Shown here piece by piece: positions 1 through 7,558 of a DNA stretch of 15,139 bases. Under the pieces are notes generated by a model that saw only the letters and a list, made by a program, of their open reading frames with translations, made no database searches and had not been told where the DNA came from. Where the stretch lies: positions 1 to 15,139 of the forward strand of contig JAZDGU010000017.1 of assembly GCA_043806595.1 (NCBI GenBank). Reading direction: 5' to 3'. The DNA comes from Candidatus Micrarchaeota archaeon. GTDB lineage: Archaea > Micrarchaeota > Micrarchaeia > Norongarragalinales > SBBD01. Made by a program: the position numbers and the translations under genes. Numbering within the stretch: position 1 is the first letter of the stretch; each line of letters begins with the position of its first letter.

Positions 1-133
1 TTTTGGAAGCCGCTCGGATGCCGGAGCGGAATCGTTTGCGAGGCTGGAAACCTTCTTTCAAACCGCGCAGTTGCGTGGCGAAAACTTTCACGACTTTGTC
101 GGGAACCTCGTCGAGGAACGGCTAAAAAACTAA
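1..133 (+). CDS. C-terminal fragment of an IS66-family (ISBst12-like) transposase, truncated by the window start
   Basis: Frame 2 is open to TAA at 131-133 and reads FGSRSDAGAESFARLETFFQTAQLRGENFHDFVGNLVEERLKN*. This fits the IS66 TnpC C-terminal pattern (G.rS..Ga...a.l.s...Ta...g.n...f). Not in the ORF track because it is truncated. Confidence 0.65.
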   Translation, partial: FGSRSDAGAESFARLETFFQTAQLRGENFHDFVGNLVEERLKN

Positions 134-141
134 CCTGTTAC
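1..141 (+). mobile_element. Right end of an IS66-family insertion sequence; terminal inverted repeat ends ...CTAACCTGTTAC at 141
   Basis: The transposase-like stop codon overlaps CTAACCTGTTAC (130-141; reverse complement GTAACAGGTTAG). IS66 elements are bounded by GTAA...TTAC. The left end is outside the window. Confidence 0.6.
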
Positions 142-246
142 TTTCCATCTAATTCCCCCTCCTGTTTACGTCTCCAGCCAGTTGGAAACGGTTAAAAACC
201 TTGGTTTCGCTATTTCCGTATAAATCATGCTCTATAGGTGGTCCTG

Positions 247-3200
247 ATGCAGGCGGTCCGCGCACTCGTTTTCTCCGTTTTCCTCGCCCTCGTGCTTCCC
301 GTGCTCGCCAACGCCGCCGAACAGCCGGCGCTGGTCCCGCCGACGACTTCCATAGAATTCCGTTATTTCTATGTCTATCCCTACGCCCCAGGGGTGGCCG
401 CGTCCGACGCCGCCAGCGGCATGACCTTCAAGCCCGGGGACGTGCTCGGCGTTTCCGTGCAGATCACGAACGTCAAGCCCGGCTATGCCTTCGGATTATA
501 CTTGGAGAACGCCCAGAACTCGCTCCAGACGGTGTGCATGAGCAAGGTGTACGGCGCTCGCGACGACTACCCTGCGGACGCCGCCCTTCCCCTGCCGCCC
601 TACCAGCCGACGCGCCACTCGATTTTCACCTGCAGGCTCCCGTACGACATCGCGCCCGGAACGTATTACGTCTACGGCGATTTGCGCGAGAGTTCCACTT
701 CCGACGCGCCGCAAGTAGTCTCCAACGGCAAGACCGTTTCCCGCTACTGGAGCCAGGTGCGCTCGGGCGCGGTGACCGGCAAGCTCTCCTTCAAGGTCGC
801 GGCGGAGGGCGCTCCTGCCCCCGTTGTTGCGCCGCCAGTTGTGCCCGTCGCACCGGTTTCCGGCCTACCCTACCTGCAGGACATCAAGGTCGACACCTCG
901 GGCCACAAGACCTATTCCGAATACAAGGACGCCACGGCCGCCGAATTCGAAATCGGCAAGGACAGCATATACGTCGCAGTCAAGCTCCGCGGCGCGAGGA
1001 AGGGCGAGAAGGTGACCGCCTACCTAGTCAACAACAAATTCGGCAAACTCCCGCTATGCTCCTCCAAGGCATTCATCAAGGACGAACCCGGCTTCTCATC
1101 CGTCCTGCTTGACCCCTGCCCAGTTCTTACAACATTGTGGCACCCCGGGGACTACGCGGTGTGGGTCGAGCACCAGGACGCCAGCGGAAAGGTCGTTCAA
1201 CGCGGCGGCATGCCCGCGCGCTACTGGGGCAAGGGCAACCCGCGCTACTTCGTCAGGCTGACTTCGCTGACGCTTCCCGCCCCGACGCTGGACGACACTC
1301 TCGCAACTCCCGAGGCCGTCGAGGTCAAGGGCTTCTATTTCGTGATTGACGCGAACATCAAGCAGACCAACGGCGCGACGAAGGAGACGCGCGAGGACCG
1401 CGTCAACCAGAAGTTCATGTACGTCCCCAACGGCTACGTCGTCATCGACTCAAAGGTCCCGTACGACTCCGACCTCGAATCTGTGGTCACCAGCATCTTC
1501 GCGACCATGTACCAGAAGGGTGCTATCGGCCGCTGGGCTTCGGACAAGGAAGGCATAACGAATTCCAAAGGCCTCGAACCGGTTGCTTCCCAGGCGGAGT
1601 GCGAAAAGAACCCCGTGAACGTGTTCTCCACGGAAATCGGCGATACCCGGCTGGAAATCCGTTACTGCAAGGTCGTGCGGACCAACGACGACACCTTCGG
1701 CCTGCTCCTCAAGATTTCCCTTGCCGCCGGCGCGGGCACCCCGGTCAAGACGCCTGCGACCCCGCAGCTGGTCAAGGAGGAGGTCAACCTGAACTTTGAC
1801 TCCAAGCACCTCGAGGGGACGGTCAAGCTCACGATCAAGGAGCCGGTGTTCAGGACGATCGTGCTTTCGCCGCTTTTCAAGGAATGCCTCGACGCCCCCC
1901 AGAACTTCAAGCAAAAGCTCGTCGCCAAAGGCGGGCCTGCAGAGTACACCTTGAACGTGAAATATGACCCATTGTGCCAGAAGTGCGGCGACTCGATTCC
2001 GGCGTACGAATACGCAGTCAACCCTGACGAGAAGAAGACAGTCAACGCCAAGGTCTCCTGCAAGGCCGAAAACGTCGTCATCGCCAACGGCAAGCTGATG
2101 GACAGCGACTTCGTAAAGCTGCGGACAACGCCCGCCTCGGACAACAGCCTCAACAAGCTGCTTGCGGAATACGTTTCCAGCCACCCGCTCACCACGCGCT
2201 TCGTCAACGTCGACAACGCCGACGCCCGCAAGTCCTACAGCCTCGACGGCATCGGCGCCTTGAAGGAAACCGACTACAAGAACACGGTCTACCGCGTGGT
2301 CAAGGCCGCGGGCGCAAGGCAGCTGGTCGTCCTCGGCGGCCCCGGCGGCCTTCCCATCGCCTCGATGGACGTCGCAGGGAAAAAGGTTGAGACCGACGAC
2401 GCTTACGCTCCAGAGGGCATCCCCGTCGGCAGGCTCCAGTCCTTCAAGGGCGGCGAGACTGAATCCGCGGCGGCGGTGACCTCCTTGATGGCCGTAATCC
2501 GGCAGACGGTCGACTCCTTCAAGCAGCGCACGGGCGGCCAGTACCTCTTCGGCTCGTCACTCAAGGAATCCGACACTTTCACCCACGTCTGCACAGACCC
2601 CGAATGCGGGGCTATTACGACAAAGCCGCTGCACGGCACGAAGGAGAAGATGGATGCGTTCTCGGACGGCTTCTCGGGTGCCGACTGCGACGGCAGCGCG
2701 TACTGCCGGTTCGCGCAGAAGGGCTTCTGCATCAAGGACGGCAACGGCGCCTGCCCGCAGAAGGGCCCGTACCTGCAGTACCTAAAGAAGGCCAACTTCA
2801 TCGCCTTCATCCCCGACGTCTCCACGTCGGTATCCGCCTTGGCTAGGGACACGCTCAAGACGGAGTATGTCATGCTCTCCAAGGCCGGGGCCGGCGACCA
2901 CCCGATGGCAGCACGCCCCGTGGTCTTCTTCGGCGAGAGCGACTATTCGACGCACTCGCATGCATACACCGTGGGCGCGGGCGCCTCCGCGCTCGTCAGC
3001 CTGCGCACCGCCTCCTACTCGCCCTACGGCCCCAAGGCGGCAGAGGCCTACAAGGAAATAGGAACCGCGTTCGCCCCCTCGGACAAGCCAAAGACGGTGG
3101 GCGATGCGCTCGTTGCGTCCAAGGAATCCTTGCGCGCGCTCTACAAGAACGGCATCGCCGAAGACCAGTCGATTGCATACCTTCTGAGCCTCTCCGGCGA

Positions 3201-4260
3201 CCCGTCCGTGCCGCTTCCCTTGAAGGAGAAGCCCAAGAAGGTTTCCGCCAACCCGTGGGGCGACACCTATTCCGTTACGTTCGACGTCCACTACTTCGAC
3301 CGCACCACCGGCCAGCGAGTGGCCGGGGAGAACGACCTTTCCTCGGGCGAGCTCAAGAAGCTCGACACGCCGTATTCTGCGCTCCCGACCGCACGAAAGT
3401 TCGACAAGAACATCGAGGCGCGCGTCGTGAAGATCACGCTCGAGGTGACGGCCGCCGACGGCGCAACCGCGAAGAAGATGATCGTCGACAGCCGCGGCTT
3501 CGACTTCATGCGCGTCATCGACTGCAAGTCCTCGCCGACTTGGCTGGCGGTGGGGATTCCGGGTTCCGCCAAGTACGTCGAAATCCGCTACTGCGGCGCG
3601 GACAGCGAAAGCGCGCAGAACATGCACGAAATCCGCTGGGTCGCGACCGGGAAGGACATGTCGGGCTACGACAAGCTCAAGCTGAAGTGGGGTTTCATGA
3701 CCCTGCCGGCAATCAGGCCCGCGGCAACCCAGCCCAAGGACGGGTGGGGGACGAAAGCGGTGGTGACCTTCAAGGCGAACTACTACGACGTCACAACCGG
3801 CGCTGTTGACGGCGACGAGGAACAGATGGTCACTCTTTACGCCCTCACCGGCTCGCAGCCCGCGCTTTTGCCGAACGAGGTGTCCTTCAAGACCGCTATC
3901 GAGAGCACGAAGACGGCGTTGCCGGCCATGATCTCTCTCACGCTCTACGGCGGCGATGCCGAAATCTGCACGGCATCCCTCATAACGATGTATCCCTCGA
4001 AGAACTGGGGCGCAGGAAGCGCCGCCAACTGCCAGGACTCGAAGGCCCTCGTTTATTGCGCAGGCGCGGACATGACGAAAGCGGTCTCCGTTAAATTCTG
4101 CGGAGGCTACTTGGACACGGCGGACGGGCTGTCGACCTACCACATCAAATACAAGGCGTTCACGGAAGCGCGTGCCCCTTCCGGCAAGTATTCCAATTCA
4201 GTCGAGCCCGCATACGTGGAGTCCTGCGTCGGAAAGGGAGCGGCATGCAACACTAAATAG
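247..4260 (+). CDS. Large secreted/surface modular protein (~1337 aa): signal peptide, repeated beta-rich domains and a central peptidase C25 (gingipain)-like domain
   Basis: Long ORF with GC3-rich codons. ATG at 247 follows AGGTGG (the ORF track starts at GTG 238). The N-terminus MQAVRALVFSVFLALVLPVLANA|AEQ is a classic signal peptide. C25-like motifs: LVVLGG...LP, TDDAYA...IPVGRL, TVGDAL...K, LSGDPSV. Pro/Thr/Val-rich linkers separate the domains. Confidence 0.8.
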   Translation: MQAVRALVFSVFLALVLPVLANAAEQPALVPPTTSIEFRYFYVYPYAPGVAASDAASGMTFKPGDVLGVSVQITNVKPGYAFGLYLENAQNSLQTVCMSKVYGARDDYPADAALPLPPYQPTRHSIFTCRLPYDIAPGTYYVYGDLRESSTSDAPQVVSNGKTVSRYWSQVRSGAVTGKLSFKVAAEGAPAPVVAPPVVPVAPVSGLPYLQDIKVDTSGHKTYSEYKDATAAEFEIGKDSIYVAVKLRGARKGEKVTAYLVNNKFGKLPLCSSKAFIKDEPGFSSVLLDPCPVLTTLWHPGDYAVWVEHQDASGKVVQRGGMPARYWGKGNPRYFVRLTSLTLPAPTLDDTLATPEAVEVKGFYFVIDANIKQTNGATKETREDRVNQKFMYVPNGYVVIDSKVPYDSDLESVVTSIFATMYQKGAIGRWASDKEGITNSKGLEPVASQAECEKNPVNVFSTEIGDTRLEIRYCKVVRTNDDTFGLLLKISLAAGAGTPVKTPATPQLVKEEVNLNFDSKHLEGTVKLTIKEPVFRTIVLSPLFKECLDAPQNFKQKLVAKGGPAEYTLNVKYDPLCQKCGDSIPAYEYAVNPDEKKTVNAKVSCKAENVVIANGKLMDSDFVKLRTTPASDNSLNKLLAEYVSSHPLTTRFVNVDNADARKSYSLDGIGALKETDYKNTVYRVVKAAGARQLVVLGGPGGLPIASMDVAGKKVETDDAYAPEGIPVGRLQSFKGGETESAAAVTSLMAVIRQTVDSFKQRTGGQYLFGSSLKESDTFTHVCTDPECGAITTKPLHGTKEKMDAFSDGFSGADCDGSAYCRFAQKGFCIKDGNGACPQKGPYLQYLKKANFIAFIPDVSTSVSALARDTLKTEYVMLSKAGAGDHPMAARPVVFFGESDYSTHSHAYTVGAGASALVSLRTASYSPYGPKAAEAYKEIGTAFAPSDKPKTVGDALVASKESLRALYKNGIAEDQSIAYLLSLSGDPSVPLPLKEKPKKVSANPWGDTYSVTFDVHYFDRTTGQRVAGENDLSSGELKKLDTPYSALPTARKFDKNIEARVVKITLEVTAADGATAKKMIVDSRGFDFMRVIDCKSSPTWLAVGIPGSAKYVEIRYCGADSESAQNMHEIRWVATGKDMSGYDKLKLKWGFMTLPAIRPAATQPKDGWGTKAVVTFKANYYDVTTGAVDGDEEQMVTLYALTGSQPALLPNEVSFKTAIESTKTALPAMISLTLYGGDAEICTASLITMYPSKNWGAGSAANCQDSKALVYCAGADMTKAVSVKFCGGYLDTADGLSTYHIKYKAFTEARAPSGKYSNSVEPAYVESCVGKGAACNTK

Positions 4261-4278
4261 GATTAGGGTGGTTTAGCA

Positions 4279-4665
4279 ATGGCCAGGGAAAAGGCGGAAA
4301 AGACGGAAGGAGGCTTCAACTGGTGGATGGTGGCAGGCGCCATCGTCATCCTCGGGCTGGTCTGGTACTACGGCTTCCAGCCCAAGCCCGTGCCCCCGCA
4401 GAACGTCTACGATCCGGGCTATGTTCCCACTGCGGCGCCGACCCTCGAGCCCACGCCCGTCCCCGACGCGTTGGCGCCGGACACGAGCGGAGTCCTCCTC
4501 GGCGCGCCGGTTCCAGCAAACCCTGACGCGGACGTTGGGCCGCCGGCATGCGGCGACTTCAACTGCGACGCCAACGAGCGCTGCGACACGTGCGCGGAGG
4601 ACTGCGGATGCGCCGGCGACGAGTACTGCAACCGCCTGAACGGCATCTGCTACCCGTCCGAGTAG
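4279..4665 (+). CDS. Small single-pass membrane protein with a Pro-rich linker and a C-terminal 8-Cys domain (CGDxxCxxxExCxxCxxDC type)
   Basis: N-terminal TM helix WWMVAGAIVILGLVWYYGF, Pro/Thr-rich stalk, then CGDFNCDANERCDTCAEDCGCAGDEYCNRLNGIC. GGGTGG RBS-like sequence upstream; lies 18 nt after the large gene. Confidence 0.8.
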   Translation: MAREKAEKTEGGFNWWMVAGAIVILGLVWYYGFQPKPVPPQNVYDPGYVPTAAPTLEPTPVPDALAPDTSGVLLGAPVPANPDADVGPPACGDFNCDANERCDTCAEDCGCAGDEYCNRLNGICYPSE

Positions 4666-4701
4666 GCGGGCGCGTTCCGCAGGATGTCCGGGCATAGCCC
4701 C

Positions 4702-4708
4702 TTAAAAA
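4702..4708 (+). promoter_or_regulatory. Putative archaeal TATA box for the mvaD-PMK unit
   Basis: TTAAAAA in an otherwise GC-rich spacer, ~35 nt before ATG 4743, followed by a GGGGGG RBS-like run. Confidence 0.45.
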
Positions 4709-4742
4709 CCGCCCGGCGCCCAACCGCTTAGGGGGGTTTTCA

Positions 4743-5753
4743 ATGAAGTCCTACAAGGCCACGTGCCTCGCAACTCCGAACATTGCCCTGGTCAAGTACT
4801 GGGGCAAGCGCGACAAGGAACGCAACCTGCCGACGAACTCCTCGCTCTCCATCACCATGGACGAGCAGCTGAAGACGACCACGACCGTAGAATTCTCCAA
4901 ACGCTGCAAGTCGGACGAGGCTTTCATCAACGGCCAGAGGCTGCACGGCGAGGAGTCTTCCCGAATCTGGAGCACGGTGGAAACCCTCAGGCGCATGGCA
5001 AACGTGCAGCTGAAGGCGAAAGTCGTTTCCGAGAATTCTTTTCCAACGGCAGCCGGCCTGGCATCCTCGGCCTCCGGCTTCGCCGCGCTCACCCTCGCCT
5101 CCGCGAAGGCGCTCGGACTCGACCTCCAGCCGCGCCAGCTTTCCATGATCGCGCGCGTCGGCAGCGGCTCCGCGTGTCGCTCGCTCTTCGGCGGATTCGT
5201 GGAATGGAAGCGGGGCACGCTCAACGACGGCAGCGACAGCTACGCCGAACAGGTCGCCCCGGAGACGCACTGGCCGGAGCTCCGCAACGTCATCGCCGTC
5301 GTCGGGTCCGGCAGGAAGAAGCTGAGCTCGCGCAAGGGCATGGCGGTCACCGTCTCCACGAGCGACCTCTTCCAGCGCAGGCTCCAGCAGGCGCCCTACC
5401 GGCTGCAGAGGGTCAAGGAGGCCATCCGCCAGAAGAACCTCGACGCCCTCCTTTCCGAGACGATGAAGGAGAGCAACTGCATGCACGCGGTCATGCTCGA
5501 CTCCTTCCCGCCGATAACGCACCTTACCGACGCCTCGCGGGCCGTCATCGATGCCGTGCACGAATTCAACTCCGCGCTCGGCGAGACCGCCGCGGGTTAC
5601 ACCTTCGACGCCGGCCCGAACGCGCAGATCATCACCACGGAGAAGCGCGCCGGCGCGATGCGCAAGATGCTCTCCGAAATCCCGGGAGTCCAGCAGCTAT
5701 TCGTCTGCAGGGCCGGCAAGGGCCCGCAGTTCCTGAAAAAGCACCTTTTCTAG
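4743..5753 (+). CDS. mvaD: Diphosphomevalonate decarboxylase (GHMP family)
   Basis: Motifs NIALVKYWGK, NSSLSIT, FPTAAGLASSASG, ARVGSGSACRS, SSRKGM, ESNCMHA..LDSFPP and YTFDAGPNA. Confidence 0.95.
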   Translation: MKSYKATCLATPNIALVKYWGKRDKERNLPTNSSLSITMDEQLKTTTTVEFSKRCKSDEAFINGQRLHGEESSRIWSTVETLRRMANVQLKAKVVSENSFPTAAGLASSASGFAALTLASAKALGLDLQPRQLSMIARVGSGSACRSLFGGFVEWKRGTLNDGSDSYAEQVAPETHWPELRNVIAVVGSGRKKLSSRKGMAVTVSTSDLFQRRLQQAPYRLQRVKEAIRQKNLDALLSETMKESNCMHAVMLDSFPPITHLTDASRAVIDAVHEFNSALGETAAGYTFDAGPNAQIITTEKRAGAMRKMLSEIPGVQQLFVCRAGKGPQFLKKHLF

Positions 5754-5764
5754 GGGGTTTCCAG

Positions 5765-6961
5765 ATGGCAACCGCGTCCGCGCCCGGCAAGATACTCTGG
5801 CTCGGCGCATACTCCGTGCTGTTCCCGCAGAACATTGCCTTCGTCATGGCGGTCGACGCGCGCAGCCACGCAACGGCGTCGAGACTGGAGGACAACAGGG
5901 TCGAATTCACGGCAAAATCCTTGGGGATCAAGGCCTCGGGCAGCATAAAATCGGGTAAAATCATTTGGGGCCCCGGCGCCGACACGAATTCACTGTCCTT
6001 CGCGACTGCGGCAATCGAGGTCTCGGCGAAATTCCTCGCCCTCAAGAAAAAAAGGTTCTCCGGCCTTTCGCTTTCGACTTGGAACGACAAGGCCTTCGGC
6101 GACGGCGCCGCCAAGACCGGCCTCGGAAGTTCCGCGGCGAGCACCGTAGCGATGGTTGCGGCAATTCTCGCCGAATTCGGCCTTCCGGTTGAAAAGAACC
6201 TCGACTGCGTGCACAAGCTGTCCCAGCTCGCCCACTCCAAGGCGCAGGGCAGCGTCGGCAGCGGCTTCGACGTGTCCGCCGCATGCTACGGCACCATCGC
6301 CTATTCCCGCTTCTCCCCCGAAATCATCGGCCGCGCAGAGGAAGACTTCGCCATTGCCGTCGGCAGCCCTTGGAACTTCCGCATCCATCCCGAGGGGCTG
6401 CCCCAAGGCTTCGAGGTCGCCGCGGCGTTCACCGGCAAGTCCGCGCCCACGACAAGCCTCGCAAGGAAGGTGCTCGCCTTCGACCGCAGGGACCACCGGC
6501 GGTTCGCCGTTCTCATGGACGAGCTGAACTCGCAGAACGAGAAGGCCGTCCTCTTCCTGGAGAACCTGCGCGACCTGCAGGAGAAACACCCCGGCGTTTA
6601 CGGAAAAATTGCAGGTTATCTCGCCAACGGGCGTAATCAACCGGCGGCCCTCAAAATCGGGGACGAGCTGGCTTATTTCCGGGAATTCAAGGCGGCGTTT
6701 GCCGGGGGCCGCAGGCTGACCAAGCGCCTCGGCGAATTGTCCGGCGCGCCCATAGAGCCCGACGCCTTGACCGCATTGATCGAAGAGAGCGAGCGGAACG
6801 GCGCGTTCTGCTGCAAGCTCCCGGGAGCAGGGGGCGGGGACAGCATCGCGGCGCTCTGCCTCGGCAGGGCGCAGAAGCGCAGGCTGGAGGCCTTCTGGAG
6901 GGGCAAGGGCCTGCGCATCTTGGAGGTCTCGGAAGCCGGCGGAGGGGTTCGCGGGGAGTGA
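5765..6961 (+). CDS. Phosphomevalonate kinase, ERG8-like GHMP type (398 aa)
   Basis: True start is ATG 5765 after GGGGGT (the 732-aa ORF-track entry is over-extended). Motifs SAPGKILWLGAYSVL, KTGLGSSAA, SQLAHSKAQGSVGSGFDVSAACYG...YSRF, PIEP and PGAGGGDSI match fungal/plant ERG8. Confidence 0.88.
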   Translation: MATASAPGKILWLGAYSVLFPQNIAFVMAVDARSHATASRLEDNRVEFTAKSLGIKASGSIKSGKIIWGPGADTNSLSFATAAIEVSAKFLALKKKRFSGLSLSTWNDKAFGDGAAKTGLGSSAASTVAMVAAILAEFGLPVEKNLDCVHKLSQLAHSKAQGSVGSGFDVSAACYGTIAYSRFSPEIIGRAEEDFAIAVGSPWNFRIHPEGLPQGFEVAAAFTGKSAPTTSLARKVLAFDRRDHRRFAVLMDELNSQNEKAVLFLENLRDLQEKHPGVYGKIAGYLANGRNQPAALKIGDELAYFREFKAAFAGGRRLTKRLGELSGAPIEPDALTALIEESERNGAFCCKLPGAGGGDSIAALCLGRAQKRRLEAFWRGKGLRILEVSEAGGGVRGE

Positions 6962-6990
6962 CGATTCCCTGCTGTGGAACAAGCCGTGGG

Positions 6991-7209
6991 TCAGCGCTTG
7001 AGGACTTCTTCCCTTCCGATGCCGATGTCCTTGAGGATTCGTGCGGCCAGGCCTTTCTTGAGGGGCCGCTGGCCGTGGATTGGAATGACCGTAAGCCTCG
7101 GGCCTTTGGAAAAAATGGCGTGGCTGCCCTTCTGGCGTTCGAAAATCCAGCCTCGTTCCAAGGCTAGCTTGACGAGTTCCGGCCCGCTGAAGACGGGCAA
7201 TTTCGGCAT
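6991..7209 (-). CDS. hicA: HicA-family toxin (dsRBD-like mRNA interferase)
   Basis: 72 aa: MPKLPVFSGPELVKL...GW...RQKGSHAIF...VIPIH...LKKGL...ILK, with the conserved GSH motif. Confidence 0.92.
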   Translation of the reverse strand: MPKLPVFSGPELVKLALERGWIFERQKGSHAIFSKGPRLTVIPIHGQRPLKKGLAARILKDIGIGREEVLKR

Positions 7210-7215
7210 CGGCCT

Positions 7216-7431
7216 TCAGCTCGGAATCGGGATTACTTCGACTTTGGGGAGGGAATGCCCGTGCTTGTCCTTCAGCACTTCGAGGTAGAGCTCTCTGGCT
7301 TCCCCGATGTTCTCCAAGGCTTCGGCGCGGCTGTTCCCCTGCGTGTGGCAGCCCGGCAGCTCGGGAATGTACGCCACGAACCCCCCTTCCTTCTGCTTTT
7401 CTAGGACTACATGCAGCTTCATCCTCGCCAC
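7216..7431 (-). CDS. hicB: HicB-family antitoxin (short form, no DNA-binding domain)
   Basis: EGGFVAYIPELPGCHTQGNSRAEALENIGEARELYLE is the HicB signature. It lies directly upstream of hicA. Start is GTG 7431 or ATG 7422. Confidence 0.92.
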   Translation of the reverse strand: MARMKLHVVLEKQKEGGFVAYIPELPGCHTQGNSRAEALENIGEARELYLEVLKDKHGHSLPKVEVIPIPS

Positions 7432-7455
7432 CAGTATGCATTTTACATTCCGGAG

Positions 7456-7475
7456 TATTTAAAGAAAACGTTTCG
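7456..7475 (-). promoter_or_regulatory. Archaeal BRE/TATA promoter for hicBA
   Basis: The minus strand reads CGAAACGTTTTC-TTTAAATA. The TATA box (7456-7463) is ~25 nt before the hicB start, consistent with a leaderless or near-leaderless mRNA. Confidence 0.6.
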
Positions 7476-7527
7476 TCCCCCCCGCCCTAAGCTTTTTTTA
7501 TGTCTTCAGGCGGAGTCAATGAATACG

Positions 7528-7535
7528 TTTTAATA
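7528..7535 (+). promoter_or_regulatory. Putative TATA box for fni (leaderless transcript)
   Basis: TTTTAATA ends 23 nt before ATG 7559 and no RBS is visible. Confidence 0.55.
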
Positions 7536-7558
7536 AGTGCGAATGCATCGACCCTTAC

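Noticed and set aside
201..4143. Long alternative-frame and antisense ORFs (201-1112, 1450-2184, 2782-4143; likewise 5990-7441, 10760-11830, 13153-14193)
   Set aside because: Shadow ORFs caused by GC3 bias. They overlap better-supported genes and show no recognisable motifs.
4763..5764. 732-aa ORF suggesting a long N-terminal extension of PMK, or an overlapping gene or frameshift fusion with mvaD
   Set aside because: The extension is Arg/Pro/Gly-rich off-frame text typical of high-GC DNA. mvaD has its own stop, and PMK has its own RBS and ATG at 5765 where homology begins.
6940..7530. Possible target duplication flanking hicBA, analogous to the GGR case
   Set aside because: Only a short GGCGGAG match was seen, which is expected by chance.
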